Below are positions 28,385-37,970 of a DNA stretch of 64,000 bases, one piece after another. Positions within the stretch are counted from its first letter, which is position 1, and every line of letters starts with the position of its first letter. Where the stretch lies: IMG/VR virus record IMGVR_UViG_2852079565_000004, positions 32,001 to 96,000 of that record. The stretch is one strand, 5' to 3'. The position numbers were made by a program, and so were the translations under genes. The DNA is from a virus. Lineage: Duplodnaviria > Caudoviricetes. Below the pieces are notes generated by a model. That model saw only the letters and a program-made list of their open reading frames with translations. It made no database searches and had not been told where the DNA came from.

Positions 28385-30880
28385 TTAGAAATTTAAATCA
28401 GTATCTTCCATTTCGGAATCCATCACTCCTGTAGTAGAATACTTAAGTAGCATGCTAGAGGTTGACTCTATTTTTGAGTCTTGAGAAACTTTATTAGTAA
28501 AGTATATTTTACGGATTCTTTCATAATATTCGCCCGCGATTTTTCTAGCTTCCTCTTTCCCTCTATATTTTTCAGCTATTTGAATATGACCCCTCGAAAG
28601 AGATACAAGAGGATAACCATCAATAATTTTAATTCTTCCCCCATCAAGCCTTAAGAAAATTTCTTCTGCTTCATCAAGTAAATCATATGCTAACTTCTCG
28701 TTATTACAACGTAATGCTATAATCATTTTCATTTGTGCATACGCATGTTCAATTTGTGGAGAGTTAGGATAAGCAATGTTAGCAATTTTTATTTTTTCAT
28801 AAGCATCATCATAATAACCAAAGTCCCTAAGGGCTATTCCATATTGAAGCAGAAATAAACCTTCATGTTCTAATTTTTTTTCATATTTATTATATAAACT
28901 CAGAACTAGTTCCTCATCATTACGTAATAATTTCCTAATATTTTTAGAATTCACTAACGATTTATAAATTGCTGCTTCTGTTTTTATAACGTTAGTTACT
29001 ATAGGGGTACTGTACACTGTAAAAGCTGAAATATATGCAGATAAAATACTATAAATATACTGAGTGTCTAAAAAATTATTGAATAATCTATCTATATAAT
29101 TATAATGCCTTGCTTCTATGAACCCGTTCTTATAATAAATAATACCATCCATCTCACTAGCAAGTTGAACTATATTCGCATTCAAATTCAGCTCAATTAA
29201 AGCTCTAGTTAGTGTGCTCTCATGAGCATCAACCCTCTGATATGTTGCAATACCAATTAAAACAAGTAATGCCTTATGAGAATTACTTGGAATTTTATCA
29301 AAATCATTTTTTATGATCTGATTATACCCTTCTCCCATAGTAGTTTCCATCAAGCCAATAAGAAGTTGCTTTCTAGATTTATTGATTAACTCATCCAACC
29401 TTTGCTTATGACTGAGCCTACCTAATTGAGTCCAAAATCCAAACTTTTCAACTTTATTCAAAATAAGTACTGCATCATTTTTATCAATCAAGGATATATC
29501 CATTTTCATATAGCTTTCTTGACTAAAATATTCTTGCCCCCTATGTTTCCAAATACTTTTACTTTCCGCACCTATAATCACCCCTTTCTTTATTCTATTT
29601 TCATATATGACCTCACCTATTACTTGGGCAGAATCAGCAATTCGATCAAGAAAAATAAAATACCTTCCTTCGTTTTTCTTTTCCAGCTCAACAATTAAAC
29701 TGGAAATATTAGCATTAATACTTTCAATGAAATAACATGGAATATTAATCTCAGAAAACTTTAAAGCAAGCTGTTTCAATAGAGTGGTCTTACCTGAACC
29801 AGCTGAACCAAAAATACAATATAAGTTTACACCATCTTTTTTCTTCGATAACTCAAGTAACTCAGCATATATTTTTTTTGTATTTTTCAATTCAGCAGGA
29901 ACACGGTCTAATATATCCTTCCATGTTGGTTTAAATCCTCTATAGAAATTCCTAATAGGGCTACCACTATCCCTTTCATTAAGAATTTGTATGTTAGCTC
30001 TACTTATTGGAAGTACATCTCTAAATATCTCTAAATAGTGAGATTTATCATCTTGCGCATTAACGTTATATTCAGGCCTACTATTTATTAATGTGTCTCT
30101 TGGGGTTAGAGGTTCTGGAAATTCATTTATTAACCATTGAGTAAAATCACTTAGCTTACCGGAAATATGTTCAATATTATATTCCTCCAGTGTAATTTTC
30201 TCTATGGTAGTAGCTGAGGGTGTAAGCACATAACTACGTTGCTCTTTGCTCGATGTTGCCCCTTTATACCTTTCTATCTGATGATAAAATAGTGGTTCTG
30301 ATAATTTAGTACCTATAAATAAAAATTTATAATTATAGAAGTCTACTCCTAATTCTTTATACCATAAAGGCTCTCTAGCGGAAGATTGTCCGTATTCCTG
30401 CTCAGAAAAAATATACCCATCATCAGGTCTTTTTATATCTCCATTTAGTTTAATATAATCTATATTATAAAATAGCTGGTCAGGTGGCGATACATTATCA
30501 TTTCTACCCCTAATATAAAGATTTTGCTTTGAATTTCTCGAAAAGGCATTTTCACATGCATCATCGATATTTAGGGTATATATTCTTCTAAAGACATATT
30601 TAGCTAGGGTATTATACTCCGCGGAAGGTTTACAATGGTTGAAATATGAGTCAAAAATATTATCAAGTTCATTTCCTAATATTTTTTTACTGGCTGAATA
30701 AACTTTATTCAATGGTTCATTTGAGTATTCTAAACCTGATTTTTCAGCTAGAATTTTAGCTAATTGATAACCTAGCGGTATCGGTTCGTTAAGTTTTGTA
30801 GTAGAAGAACCAGATGCTCCTGCACCAAGAAGCAATACAAGCCTACCTTCTTTAATAGCTTTTTTTATATCACCATTCAT
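28385..30880 (-). CDS. SIR2-like + STAND P-loop NTPase + TPR protein (AVAST/Avs5-like defence)
   Basis: LLLGAGAS, TLNID, KLNG, FLFIG; GSAGSGKTT; FIFLD; helical TPR-like C-terminus. Confidence 0.8.
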   Translation of the reverse strand: MNGDIKKAIKEGRLVLLLGAGASGSSTTKLNEPIPLGYQLAKILAEKSGLEYSNEPLNKVYSASKKILGNELDNIFDSYFNHCKPSAEYNTLAKYVFRRIYTLNIDDACENAFSRNSKQNLYIRGRNDNVSPPDQLFYNIDYIKLNGDIKRPDDGYIFSEQEYGQSSAREPLWYKELGVDFYNYKFLFIGTKLSEPLFYHQIERYKGATSSKEQRSYVLTPSATTIEKITLEEYNIEHISGKLSDFTQWLINEFPEPLTPRDTLINSRPEYNVNAQDDKSHYLEIFRDVLPISRANIQILNERDSGSPIRNFYRGFKPTWKDILDRVPAELKNTKKIYAELLELSKKKDGVNLYCIFGSAGSGKTTLLKQLALKFSEINIPCYFIESINANISSLIVELEKKNEGRYFIFLDRIADSAQVIGEVIYENRIKKGVIIGAESKSIWKHRGQEYFSQESYMKMDISLIDKNDAVLILNKVEKFGFWTQLGRLSHKQRLDELINKSRKQLLIGLMETTMGEGYNQIIKNDFDKIPSNSHKALLVLIGIATYQRVDAHESTLTRALIELNLNANIVQLASEMDGIIYYKNGFIEARHYNYIDRLFNNFLDTQYIYSILSAYISAFTVYSTPIVTNVIKTEAAIYKSLVNSKNIRKLLRNDEELVLSLYNKYEKKLEHEGLFLLQYGIALRDFGYYDDAYEKIKIANIAYPNSPQIEHAYAQMKMIIALRCNNEKLAYDLLDEAEEIFLRLDGGRIKIIDGYPLVSLSRGHIQIAEKYRGKEEARKIAGEYYERIRKIYFTNKVSQDSKIESTSSMLLKYSTTGVMDSEMEDTDLNF

Positions 30881-31415
30881 ATTCACCTCATTATCAATAT
30901 ATTTAATAAAAAAGATATATAGCATATATTTGAAAAAAAGCTAGTTATACGTTATTTTATTCAAAAAACAGGTATTTACCCATCTATGACTCCTTGATTT
31001 TTTTAAAGTATTATCCTCCGAAAGATATTTTCACATCTAAGATGGGATACCATTAATAATCTCACAGTAAAAATTAATGATTTACATTTTAATATCAAAA
31101 TATTACAACTAGCCACCTCCTCGTTTCATGATATACACGCATATTCACTAATACTGTTTATTTGCTTGTTTCTTTATTAATTATAAGTGATTCAAATAAC
31201 TCTCCATTATCTAATGTGAGTGTTATCCTATTAATTAAATTTTTTATAACATAATTAACATACCTAATTTCAATTCAACTCCCATAAGAGGAGTTGAATT
31301 AATAACAAACCTCAATACCACATACTTGCAGTCATAAACTGACTGTGCCACACTATTGTGCCATAAACTTCATCGACATAGATAGAAGAATCAAACAGTT
31401 ACATTGGGGAGGAGC

Positions 31416-31433
31416 TTCAAGCCAGCTCCACCA
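31416..31433 (+). repeat. att junction 2 (island attR / prophage 3 attL), shortened
   Basis: TTCAA-GCCAGCTCCACCA, lacking CTCCC relative to 15960-15982. Confidence 0.85.
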
Positions 31434-31560
31434 AATTTGGTGGGTCAGTGATAGGACAACAGGTTTAAAAACAGGAAGTTAGCAAAATTAGTTGGACTAG
31501 GTACTGGCAACATTAAGACTAGAAAGTGCACGTGAAATGCACGCGCATTTGAAAGTTACT

Positions 31561-31586
31561 AAAAGCTCACTTCGGTGGGCTTTTTT
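31561..31586. terminator. Terminator at the prophage 3 end
   Basis: AAAAGCTCAC-TTCG-GTGGGCTTTTTT. Confidence 0.75.
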
Positions 31587-31731
31587 ATTGTTCATAGAAA
31601 AACAACCTATTAAGGTTATTTCTTTGTAGCTCAAATTTAGAAATGGTAGAATTAATTGGAGCTTTCTTACTTTTACAATAAAACATTAGCCGTTTAACAG
31701 TAAAAACGTGTTTTTATAGCGGCTTTATCGA

Positions 31732-31890
31732 CTACTCAGACAACTGTTTTATCACTTGGTAATACAGTGATGGGTCTTTAAAATTCTTAGCCGTAGCTTT
31801 AGTTCCGTACTCGCTCAAATGTCCACCATCATAAGTATATGGTAGATTTTCAGATGTCAGCTCATCACCTAATTCAGAGCCATATAGCAT
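31732..31890 (-). pseudogene. C-terminal remnant of an SGNH-domain protein (AT3-SGNH O-acetyltransferase-like)
   Basis: Manual translation ...LPYTYDGGHLSEYGTKATAKNF... carries the DxxHL block V motif. Confidence 0.5.
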
Positions 31891-31938
31891 TTTTCTAATT
31901 GGATAGGTCTGATAATATAAACCTATCCAATCTTATTT

Positions 31939-33459
31939 TTAACTCAAACGATACCAACCCATAAGCATAATATACGCATTCGTCACTGTTAGAGCCGTGC
32001 CAGAGCCTAAATTCTCAGTTTCTCCCGAGAAAGTATGCGTGTGCACTCCATTATTCGATGTTTCGCCTACCCAAGATTTAGATGCATCAAATTTCCATCC
32101 AGAGTTAGCATCTTGGTTATATGCATTACTATAACTCCAGCTACCACCTGCCCCTCCCCACGAAAATGCACCAGATGCACCTTTTGTTCGACTATCATGA
32201 ATACTATTGAGTGCGCCTGTTATATTCATTGTTCCACGGTTGTGGGTGTGACCGCCATTTGAACTTGTCGTACCAGAGTATTTTAATGACACTGCTGGGA
32301 GGTGACCTTTACCAATGGTCACTGAATCCGAACCACCGGTTGTTAACACATTCGCACCACTTGCAGCAGCTAAACGAATGGTTTTATTTTCACCGATGTA
32401 CTGCCATTTCGTACCAGGGAATAAGGTATTGGGGTTCTTATTTTGTGCAAACCACACAACAATACCAATAGGGTAAATGGTATTAAGATTGACCGCATTT
32501 TGTAATGCATCGGTGACAGCCTTCTGGCTCATCACGTTCGTTGTTGATCCACCCGTTGATTGGGCAACACTGCTCGTATTGAGCTTTGCATTCAACCCGT
32601 TATTAAGTGCTGTGTTTGTTGCATAATCCCCCGACGGTTGATAACTCCCCTTAGCTTGGTACCGTGTATCCCCTTCCACTTTGGTGTAGCTCTCGCCTTT
32701 GAGTGCGTAATTCCCTGCTGGGGCATAATTGCCCTTAGGTTGATAGTTGGTATCAGACTCCGCTTTTGAATAACTATAACCTGCAGCTTGATAGCTGCCT
32801 TTAGGTTGATACTTACCATCGGTTTCAGCCTTGGTATAACTATCTCCTTTTAAGGCATAGTCCCCTGAGGGCTGATAACTGCCTTTCGGCTGATATCGCC
32901 CATCGCCCTCTACTTTAGTGTAGCTTTCACCTTTAAGTGCGTAATTGCCTGCGGGGGCATAGTTGCCTTTGGGTTGATACTTGGTGTCAGATTCGGCTTT
33001 AGAATAGCTATAACCTGCCGCTTGGTAATTGCCTAACGGCTGGAAGCGCTTGTCAGATTCTGTTTTGGTATAAACATTGATATCACCCGCACTTAAATCC
33101 GCTTTAAGTTCTTGCCATGCTGTGCCAGCTACTGGCTCAACATTGTTATTTTCAATCTTCGACTGCCACGTTTTGTTTTTATGATAAACAATTGCGCGGA
33201 TCGGGTATGGTTTACCTTCTGTCGCCCATTTAGGAAAACCAAAGCTTTGCAACTCGCCTATCGCTTCTGTGATATCGTGAAACATGCCGTTCATCTTTTC
33301 ACGTTCGATATCTTTGGCCGCAGGATCAATTTGTTGGTCACGCTCATAATCGTAGCTATAGCCTTGCGTGTAAGAAACCGCGCCATCAGCTTGCACATCA
33401 TCGGGAATAGGGGTTCTATCCCCTTGTGTTGCAAAGGGGATTTTAAAGATTTTTGTCAT
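31939..33459 (-). CDS. Tail fibre protein with internal repeats
   Basis: FKIPFATQGD N-terminus, YQPKG repeats, IYPIG...HTH...WYR C-terminus. Confidence 0.88.
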   Translation of the reverse strand: MTKIFKIPFATQGDRTPIPDDVQADGAVSYTQGYSYDYERDQQIDPAAKDIEREKMNGMFHDITEAIGELQSFGFPKWATEGKPYPIRAIVYHKNKTWQSKIENNNVEPVAGTAWQELKADLSAGDINVYTKTESDKRFQPLGNYQAAGYSYSKAESDTKYQPKGNYAPAGNYALKGESYTKVEGDGRYQPKGSYQPSGDYALKGDSYTKAETDGKYQPKGSYQAAGYSYSKAESDTNYQPKGNYAPAGNYALKGESYTKVEGDTRYQAKGSYQPSGDYATNTALNNGLNAKLNTSSVAQSTGGSTTNVMSQKAVTDALQNAVNLNTIYPIGIVVWFAQNKNPNTLFPGTKWQYIGENKTIRLAAASGANVLTTGGSDSVTIGKGHLPAVSLKYSGTTSSNGGHTHNRGTMNITGALNSIHDSRTKGASGAFSWGGAGGSWSYSNAYNQDANSGWKFDASKSWVGETSNNGVHTHTFSGETENLGSGTALTVTNAYIMLMGWYRLS

Positions 33460-33464
33460 GAGTT

Positions 33465-34124
33465 TTAGGCTCCGAAATTACTGCTAAGGAAGTTTTTGCG
33501 ATGTTGGCCGTGACCAAAGGCTTTCTTTGTCACGATACGATATTTAACCCCTACCCCTGATGGGCGAGGCATAAGGTCGAAGTTTTCAAGAAGTACCCGT
33601 AATCGTTCGTCCGGGTTGAAATTAAACACGTAATACAGATAGGTCATATCAAGCGGGTCAAGTACAAACACTTTACTGTCTGCTTGCCAAAAGAAGCGTT
33701 TAAGAAATTCGTTAATATTGGTGACCGTTGGGCTTTGCGTAAGGTTGAAATAGCGCATACGCACGATGAGACGTTTTTGGTCGACCGTCAGCGATAGGGT
33801 GTAATCGGCATTACGCCGAAAGTTGCCTTTGAAATTGGTATTCTTTTTACCAAAACCAAAGCCGATTTTTGTTTTATCGCTAGGCGGGACATCAATCCCC
33901 AACGGCACATCGAGTATGCGCGCCCAAATATTTAGCCCAAACTCGTTCGCAGTATCGATATTAAATACATCACGGTACCAATCACGCCAAAACTGGATAG
34001 TGGATTGTTCAAAATAGTCTGCTTTGTATTTAGCTAACGCCTTGAGGTTTGCCGCATCTTCATATTGCCAAAGGATCGCCTTTAATAAATCAGAATGAAA
34101 ATCAAACGATTGGATTTTACTCAT
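33465..34124 (-). CDS. Baseplate wedge protein (DUF2612-like)
   Basis: ILWQY, FNIDTA..GLNIW, PRPSGV. Confidence 0.8.
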   Translation of the reverse strand: MSKIQSFDFHSDLLKAILWQYEDAANLKALAKYKADYFEQSTIQFWRDWYRDVFNIDTANEFGLNIWARILDVPLGIDVPPSDKTKIGFGFGKKNTNFKGNFRRNADYTLSLTVDQKRLIVRMRYFNLTQSPTVTNINEFLKRFFWQADSKVFVLDPLDMTYLYYVFNFNPDERLRVLLENFDLMPRPSGVGVKYRIVTKKAFGHGQHRKNFLSSNFGA

Positions 34125-35308
34125 ACCAACACCACCTGTACCGCACTGCGTTTGAGCCTTGCCACCTCATTCATTTTGATTTCATAATTATTTGAAGACC
34201 AGGCTTTGCCATCCGTTGAAAGTTCAACTCGTGTAATAAACAACCGAGGCTCGACGGCATTGATACCGGCTGATATTTCAAAAGGTGATACATCGCGCCC
34301 CACCACTAAACCGCCCTCACCATCGATATCCCCATTCGCCCATGACTCAACCGCTGCAGGAATAATAGTTTGTGCATCGACGGTGGCTTTTTTCACCGTT
34401 ACTCGGCAGAACAACACAATTTCTTTCGCCCTATCGAATTTAACGGGATAAATTTGACCGCTGATAGTTTCCAATACCTCAACCTCTTCACGACCGTTAA
34501 AGGCGGCGCCAAGGGTTTTAGTACGTAGTAACGAACGTGCTATAGCCTCTTTATCACCCCCTTCAACACACACATAAATGCTATGGGGAACTAACGTGAT
34601 CCCATCAAAAATCATCGGTTGGTCCGTGTAGTTTTCTCGATACGACAACGAACGTACCCCTTCCAATTCATACAATGCAGAGGTAATCGCCTCCCCCACA
34701 CTCACCGTGTTTTTGGCTAACGTCTGTTTGCGTCGTCGCCTTGATTGTAAGTCTGATTCAGCATCTCGACCCAACACCGCATTGCTGGGGTTATGTACGG
34801 TTTCCCAGCCTAATACCGAACTGGCCACTTTATTAAGTTGACCCACGCCACACTCAACCGCCCCTGTTTCAATGGCGCGCATATCCCCAGTTACTGAGCC
34901 ATCTTTACCGATAATTAAGGTTTTGGTGGTTTCGAATAAGTCGCCATTCAGCGTGGCAGCTTGTGACCCCTTAGGGATGATAGTCTCGGCAATACCCGTG
35001 AATTTCACCTGTGATAAAAAGGAGTGTGTGGCATCAAAACGCTGCCCGCCCATTAAGGCCCATATTGCATCAAGGAAAATGCCACCAGCTAAATCGGGGT
35101 TAATTTGATTGGCCAACTCTGCATTATTGCGCACAACGGCGTCCCGATTTTCGACCTCCATGGTGATCAATGCGCCTTGTGGGGTTTCGGGGTTAACATC
35201 TAAATCCTGACCAAACACACTTCTATATTCGCTTTCGACATCATCACGTAATGTGCTGGTATCCGGCACAATTACACCCTGTGACGTAAGATATTGATAA
35301 TCAGCCAT
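34121..35308 (-). CDS. Baseplate J-like protein
   Basis: PETPQG, LGRDAESD..R.RR, PHSI..VEGG. Confidence 0.88.
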   Translation of the reverse strand: MADYQYLTSQGVIVPDTSTLRDDVESEYRSVFGQDLDVNPETPQGALITMEVENRDAVVRNNAELANQINPDLAGGIFLDAIWALMGGQRFDATHSFLSQVKFTGIAETIIPKGSQAATLNGDLFETTKTLIIGKDGSVTGDMRAIETGAVECGVGQLNKVASSVLGWETVHNPSNAVLGRDAESDLQSRRRRKQTLAKNTVSVGEAITSALYELEGVRSLSYRENYTDQPMIFDGITLVPHSIYVCVEGGDKEAIARSLLRTKTLGAAFNGREEVEVLETISGQIYPVKFDRAKEIVLFCRVTVKKATVDAQTIIPAAVESWANGDIDGEGGLVVGRDVSPFEISAGINAVEPRLFITRVELSTDGKAWSSNNYEIKMNEVARLKRSAVQVVLV

Positions 35309-35645
35309 TAAGCGTTATCTCCCCATAGATGGTTTGGATCAACGCGGTATAGTTCAGCGAGTTATCCGCGATAAATGCCGAAAATGACACTATTGATATC
35401 ACATCATCCAGCTCACGCAGCCGGTCACGAAACGCCGCTTCAAATAACGGAATGTCCGCCTGTCGCCCAAACGTGGTTTTCCAGTAGGGAATACCCATAT
35501 CGAGCTTATGCAGCATTTCACCGCGGAGTGCTTTGGCATAATGTTCACAACGGTTTTTAGATGCCCGTTCACCACTCACAATCGACAAGTTTCCGTCATT
35601 GCCGAGATGGATGTCGTTATTGCTGTTAACATTAAATGTTTTCAT
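35301..35645 (-). CDS. Baseplate wedge (gp25/W-like)
   Basis: RGEM....GIPY, I.TIYG; synteny. Confidence 0.75.
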   Translation of the reverse strand: MKTFNVNSNNDIHLGNDGNLSIVSGERASKNRCEHYAKALRGEMLHKLDMGIPYWKTTFGRQADIPLFEAAFRDRLRELDDVISIVSFSAFIADNSLNYTALIQTIYGEITLNG

Positions 35646-36334
35646 ACGGGGACTCCTGAATTGCTATTACCACTTTGAATACCGCTGTGTTTATGTGTTG
35701 AGCCGATATCTTTACCGTTGTGTTTCATCGTGCCCCCGTTTGAATCGCTGTTACCATTCACGGCCTGATTACCATTGATGGTGACATTGCCGTTAAAGGT
35801 AGTTTCAGGCACATTGACCTCAAGAATCGGTGAATCTAAAACCGCTTTTCCTGCATGTAATGACAAACACACAGAGCCATCCATGGACTGAATCACCAAG
35901 GCATCCGTATTTTTGCCATCAATTAACCAGCCTTTAAGTGTATCGGGAAAGAACATCGCATCGCTGAAGGTATGTAAACGAGCCGTATTCGGTTCATCTT
36001 CCAAACCGCCACGCTGAAAGATTAAGCTGATATCGCGGTCATTGGCTTTTAGCCAACCAAAGTCTCCTGGTTTAATTGGCATACGAATAAAAAAGCCACC
36101 GCCGCCAAAACGAAAAACGGGAATATTCGGCACTGCCGCTCGCCTGATTTTTTGCCCTTGTGTTGATACCATCATGACGAGCGGCTTAATCACCGCGCGG
36201 TTAGTTTTATCGTCATAGCTCACCACAGTTGCTGGGAGCATGTCGTCAATATTCATCAATAGGCTACGAAACGCAGCCATAAACTGCCCTGCCAAGCTGC
36301 CTTCGCTAGCAATATCATTATTGGGTTGGTTCAT
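35642..36334 (-). CDS. Baseplate spike (gp138/V-like)
   Basis: PA.VVSYD, PIKPGD, C-terminal HKH metal motif. Confidence 0.85.
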   Translation of the reverse strand: MNQPNNDIASEGSLAGQFMAAFRSLLMNIDDMLPATVVSYDDKTNRAVIKPLVMMVSTQGQKIRRAAVPNIPVFRFGGGGFFIRMPIKPGDFGWLKANDRDISLIFQRGGLEDEPNTARLHTFSDAMFFPDTLKGWLIDGKNTDALVIQSMDGSVCLSLHAGKAVLDSPILEVNVPETTFNGNVTINGNQAVNGNSDSNGGTMKHNGKDIGSTHKHSGIQSGNSNSGVPV

Positions 36335-36337
36335 GGT

Positions 36338-37156
36338 TTACACTCGTTTGCAGGTCGCTTGGTAAAAGAAAGGGTCGTCGTGTGAGGCAATATCGAACTT
36401 AAGTTGCTCAATAATATAATCGCCATTTAAGGCAGGATTAAACTGACTTTCAAGGCGTAACATGCCGCCCAATGACGACTCACTATCAATTAAATAAGTG
36501 ACATCGACGCCCTTCTCAGTGGCTTTCGGTATCCCTACCATGCCCGATTTTTGGTTAAGAATTCGCAAACGGCCACTTAACGCTTTGTCCTGGTCTTTCA
36601 CATACAACATGTCATCGTCGATAAACGCTTTCACATTGCCCGCATCTTGCAGGCGTTCCACTTGCTTGAGTGCTGGCCCACAAAAATACCAATTAGCGAT
36701 ATTTTTATCGGTGGCTTGAAAGTCCAATTTAACCCCGCAATCCTGTGCTATGTTCTTAGCCAGCTCGCTCATTTTACTTATGGCACTACCCGATGAAGAA
36801 ACAATATCTCGGGCGTTTGTATTGTTGGTTTTTGCTTTTAAGGTCAGCGTTACATCGGGCGGTGAGGCGATTTCTGCGCTAACAATATCCCCCACATAAA
36901 TGCGAAAAATACCGGTGCTAACACGGCCGGCTTCAACAATTAAACGGTGCGGTTTCTTCGCTTGGGTATAAGGGCTGGTTTCGGTCAGCAACATATTGCG
37001 TGTTGTCGCATTGAGGCCATCGATATTCACCGTGCATTCATTTTGCAGGGGATTGGCATATTTAGTGCCGTTAGCACGAATTCGCAGCCCCTCATACCAT
37101 TGCAGCCGACCATTAACTTCAATCCCTAATCGTATGCGGCGTAAATCAATCATCAT
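36338..37156 (-). CDS. Baseplate hub protein
   Basis: EAG...IYVGDI, GMVGIP; synteny. Confidence 0.75.
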   Translation of the reverse strand: MMIDLRRIRLGIEVNGRLQWYEGLRIRANGTKYANPLQNECTVNIDGLNATTRNMLLTETSPYTQAKKPHRLIVEAGRVSTGIFRIYVGDIVSAEIASPPDVTLTLKAKTNNTNARDIVSSSGSAISKMSELAKNIAQDCGVKLDFQATDKNIANWYFCGPALKQVERLQDAGNVKAFIDDDMLYVKDQDKALSGRLRILNQKSGMVGIPKATEKGVDVTYLIDSESSLGGMLRLESQFNPALNGDYIIEQLKFDIASHDDPFFYQATCKRV

Positions 37157-37439
37157 CCCCCCACCAAACAAGACTGTGTGATTGGCCAAACTGCGCCCAC
37201 CACGGATATTCATCATTTTCAGTGATAAAGGCAAAATTACCGTTACCCGATAAATATCGGTAGGGGATCAGCGGTTGATTGGGCATCACACGAATGCCTT
37301 GCAATAGAACCACATCATTGCGCTTGATATCACAACACATTGTTGTTCGCGCCACTTTAATCGTCAGCTCCCACTCGTCACCGCCAAGGCTCACGCGCAA
37401 ACGTTGATTAGGTACGGTATTTAAAGGGATCTCTTGCAT
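37146..37439 (-). CDS. Baseplate plug-type small protein
   Basis: IPL..VPNQ N-terminus, FG...L C-terminus; synteny. Confidence 0.7.
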   Translation of the reverse strand: MQEIPLNTVPNQRLRVSLGGDEWELTIKVARTTMCCDIKRNDVVLLQGIRVMPNQPLIPYRYLSGNGNFAFITENDEYPWWAQFGQSHSLVWWGDDD

Positions 37440-37442
37440 GGG

Positions 37443-37970
37443 TCACCACCCTAACGTAAATTCACCGTCAGCAATTTTGGTTGCTGCCGATTTTTTCTTT
37501 TTGTCCGGTACCGTGGACGTTTGCACTTTCCCGCGATTCACCGTGCTCGATTGCTCTTTTTTTGCCACCTTACGGGGCGGCAGGTCGCCATATTCAGGCT
37601 CAACCGTTCGCCACTCCGTAAAGCGCAGCGAGAGTTTAATCGCATCGGCCATCTCTGGAATTTCATCGTGATAGAGATTCACTAACAGCATCGGCTGGTA
37701 GGTTTTCACCCGAGTTTGAATACCCACTAACTGGTGTTTATCATAGGCTTGTTGCAGGGTTTCAAAGGCACTTTTCATTTCGCCGGCTAAAATTAAATCC
37801 ATACCAATTTCAACGGGCTGAACTACCACATGGTCACTGCGTGTTTCCCCCGACTCAACGGTAAATTGTGTTGCTTTGTGTTCGTCACGGACGTTAATTT
37901 GAATCGGATTGGCCGTTTCAAATAACGTCGAAAAGTTATCGACATTGAAGATTTTCACCTCGGTGATCAT
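37443..37970 (-). CDS. Baseplate/tail initiator (Dit-like)
   Basis: VESG...SDH....P motif directly after the tape measure gene. Confidence 0.75.
   Translation of the reverse strand: MITEVKIFNVDNFSTLFETANPIQINVRDEHKATQFTVESGETRSDHVVVQPVEIGMDLILAGEMKSAFETLQQAYDKHQLVGIQTRVKTYQPMLLVNLYHDEIPEMADAIKLSLRFTEWRTVEPEYGDLPPRKVAKKEQSSTVNRGKVQTSTVPDKKKKSAATKIADGEFTLGW

Larger units (their letters stand above)
15983..31433. mobile_element. Integrative satellite-like island (~15.4 kb)
   Basis: Bounded by GCCAGCTCCACCA direct repeats; integrase, primase-helicase, RadC, resolvase; no capsid or conjugation genes. Confidence 0.88.

Noticed and set aside
31272-31300. Hairpin containing TTCAACTCCC, the tmRNA T-loop segment damaged at junction 2
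   Set aside because: A 10-bp match inside an 11-bp inverted repeat with no flanking tmRNA similarity; cannot be distinguished from chance
31939-33459. Diversity-generating retroelement or invertible tail-fibre switch
   Set aside because: No reverse transcriptase, repeat differences are not adenine-specific, no inverted alternative fibre ends; the resolvase belongs to the island
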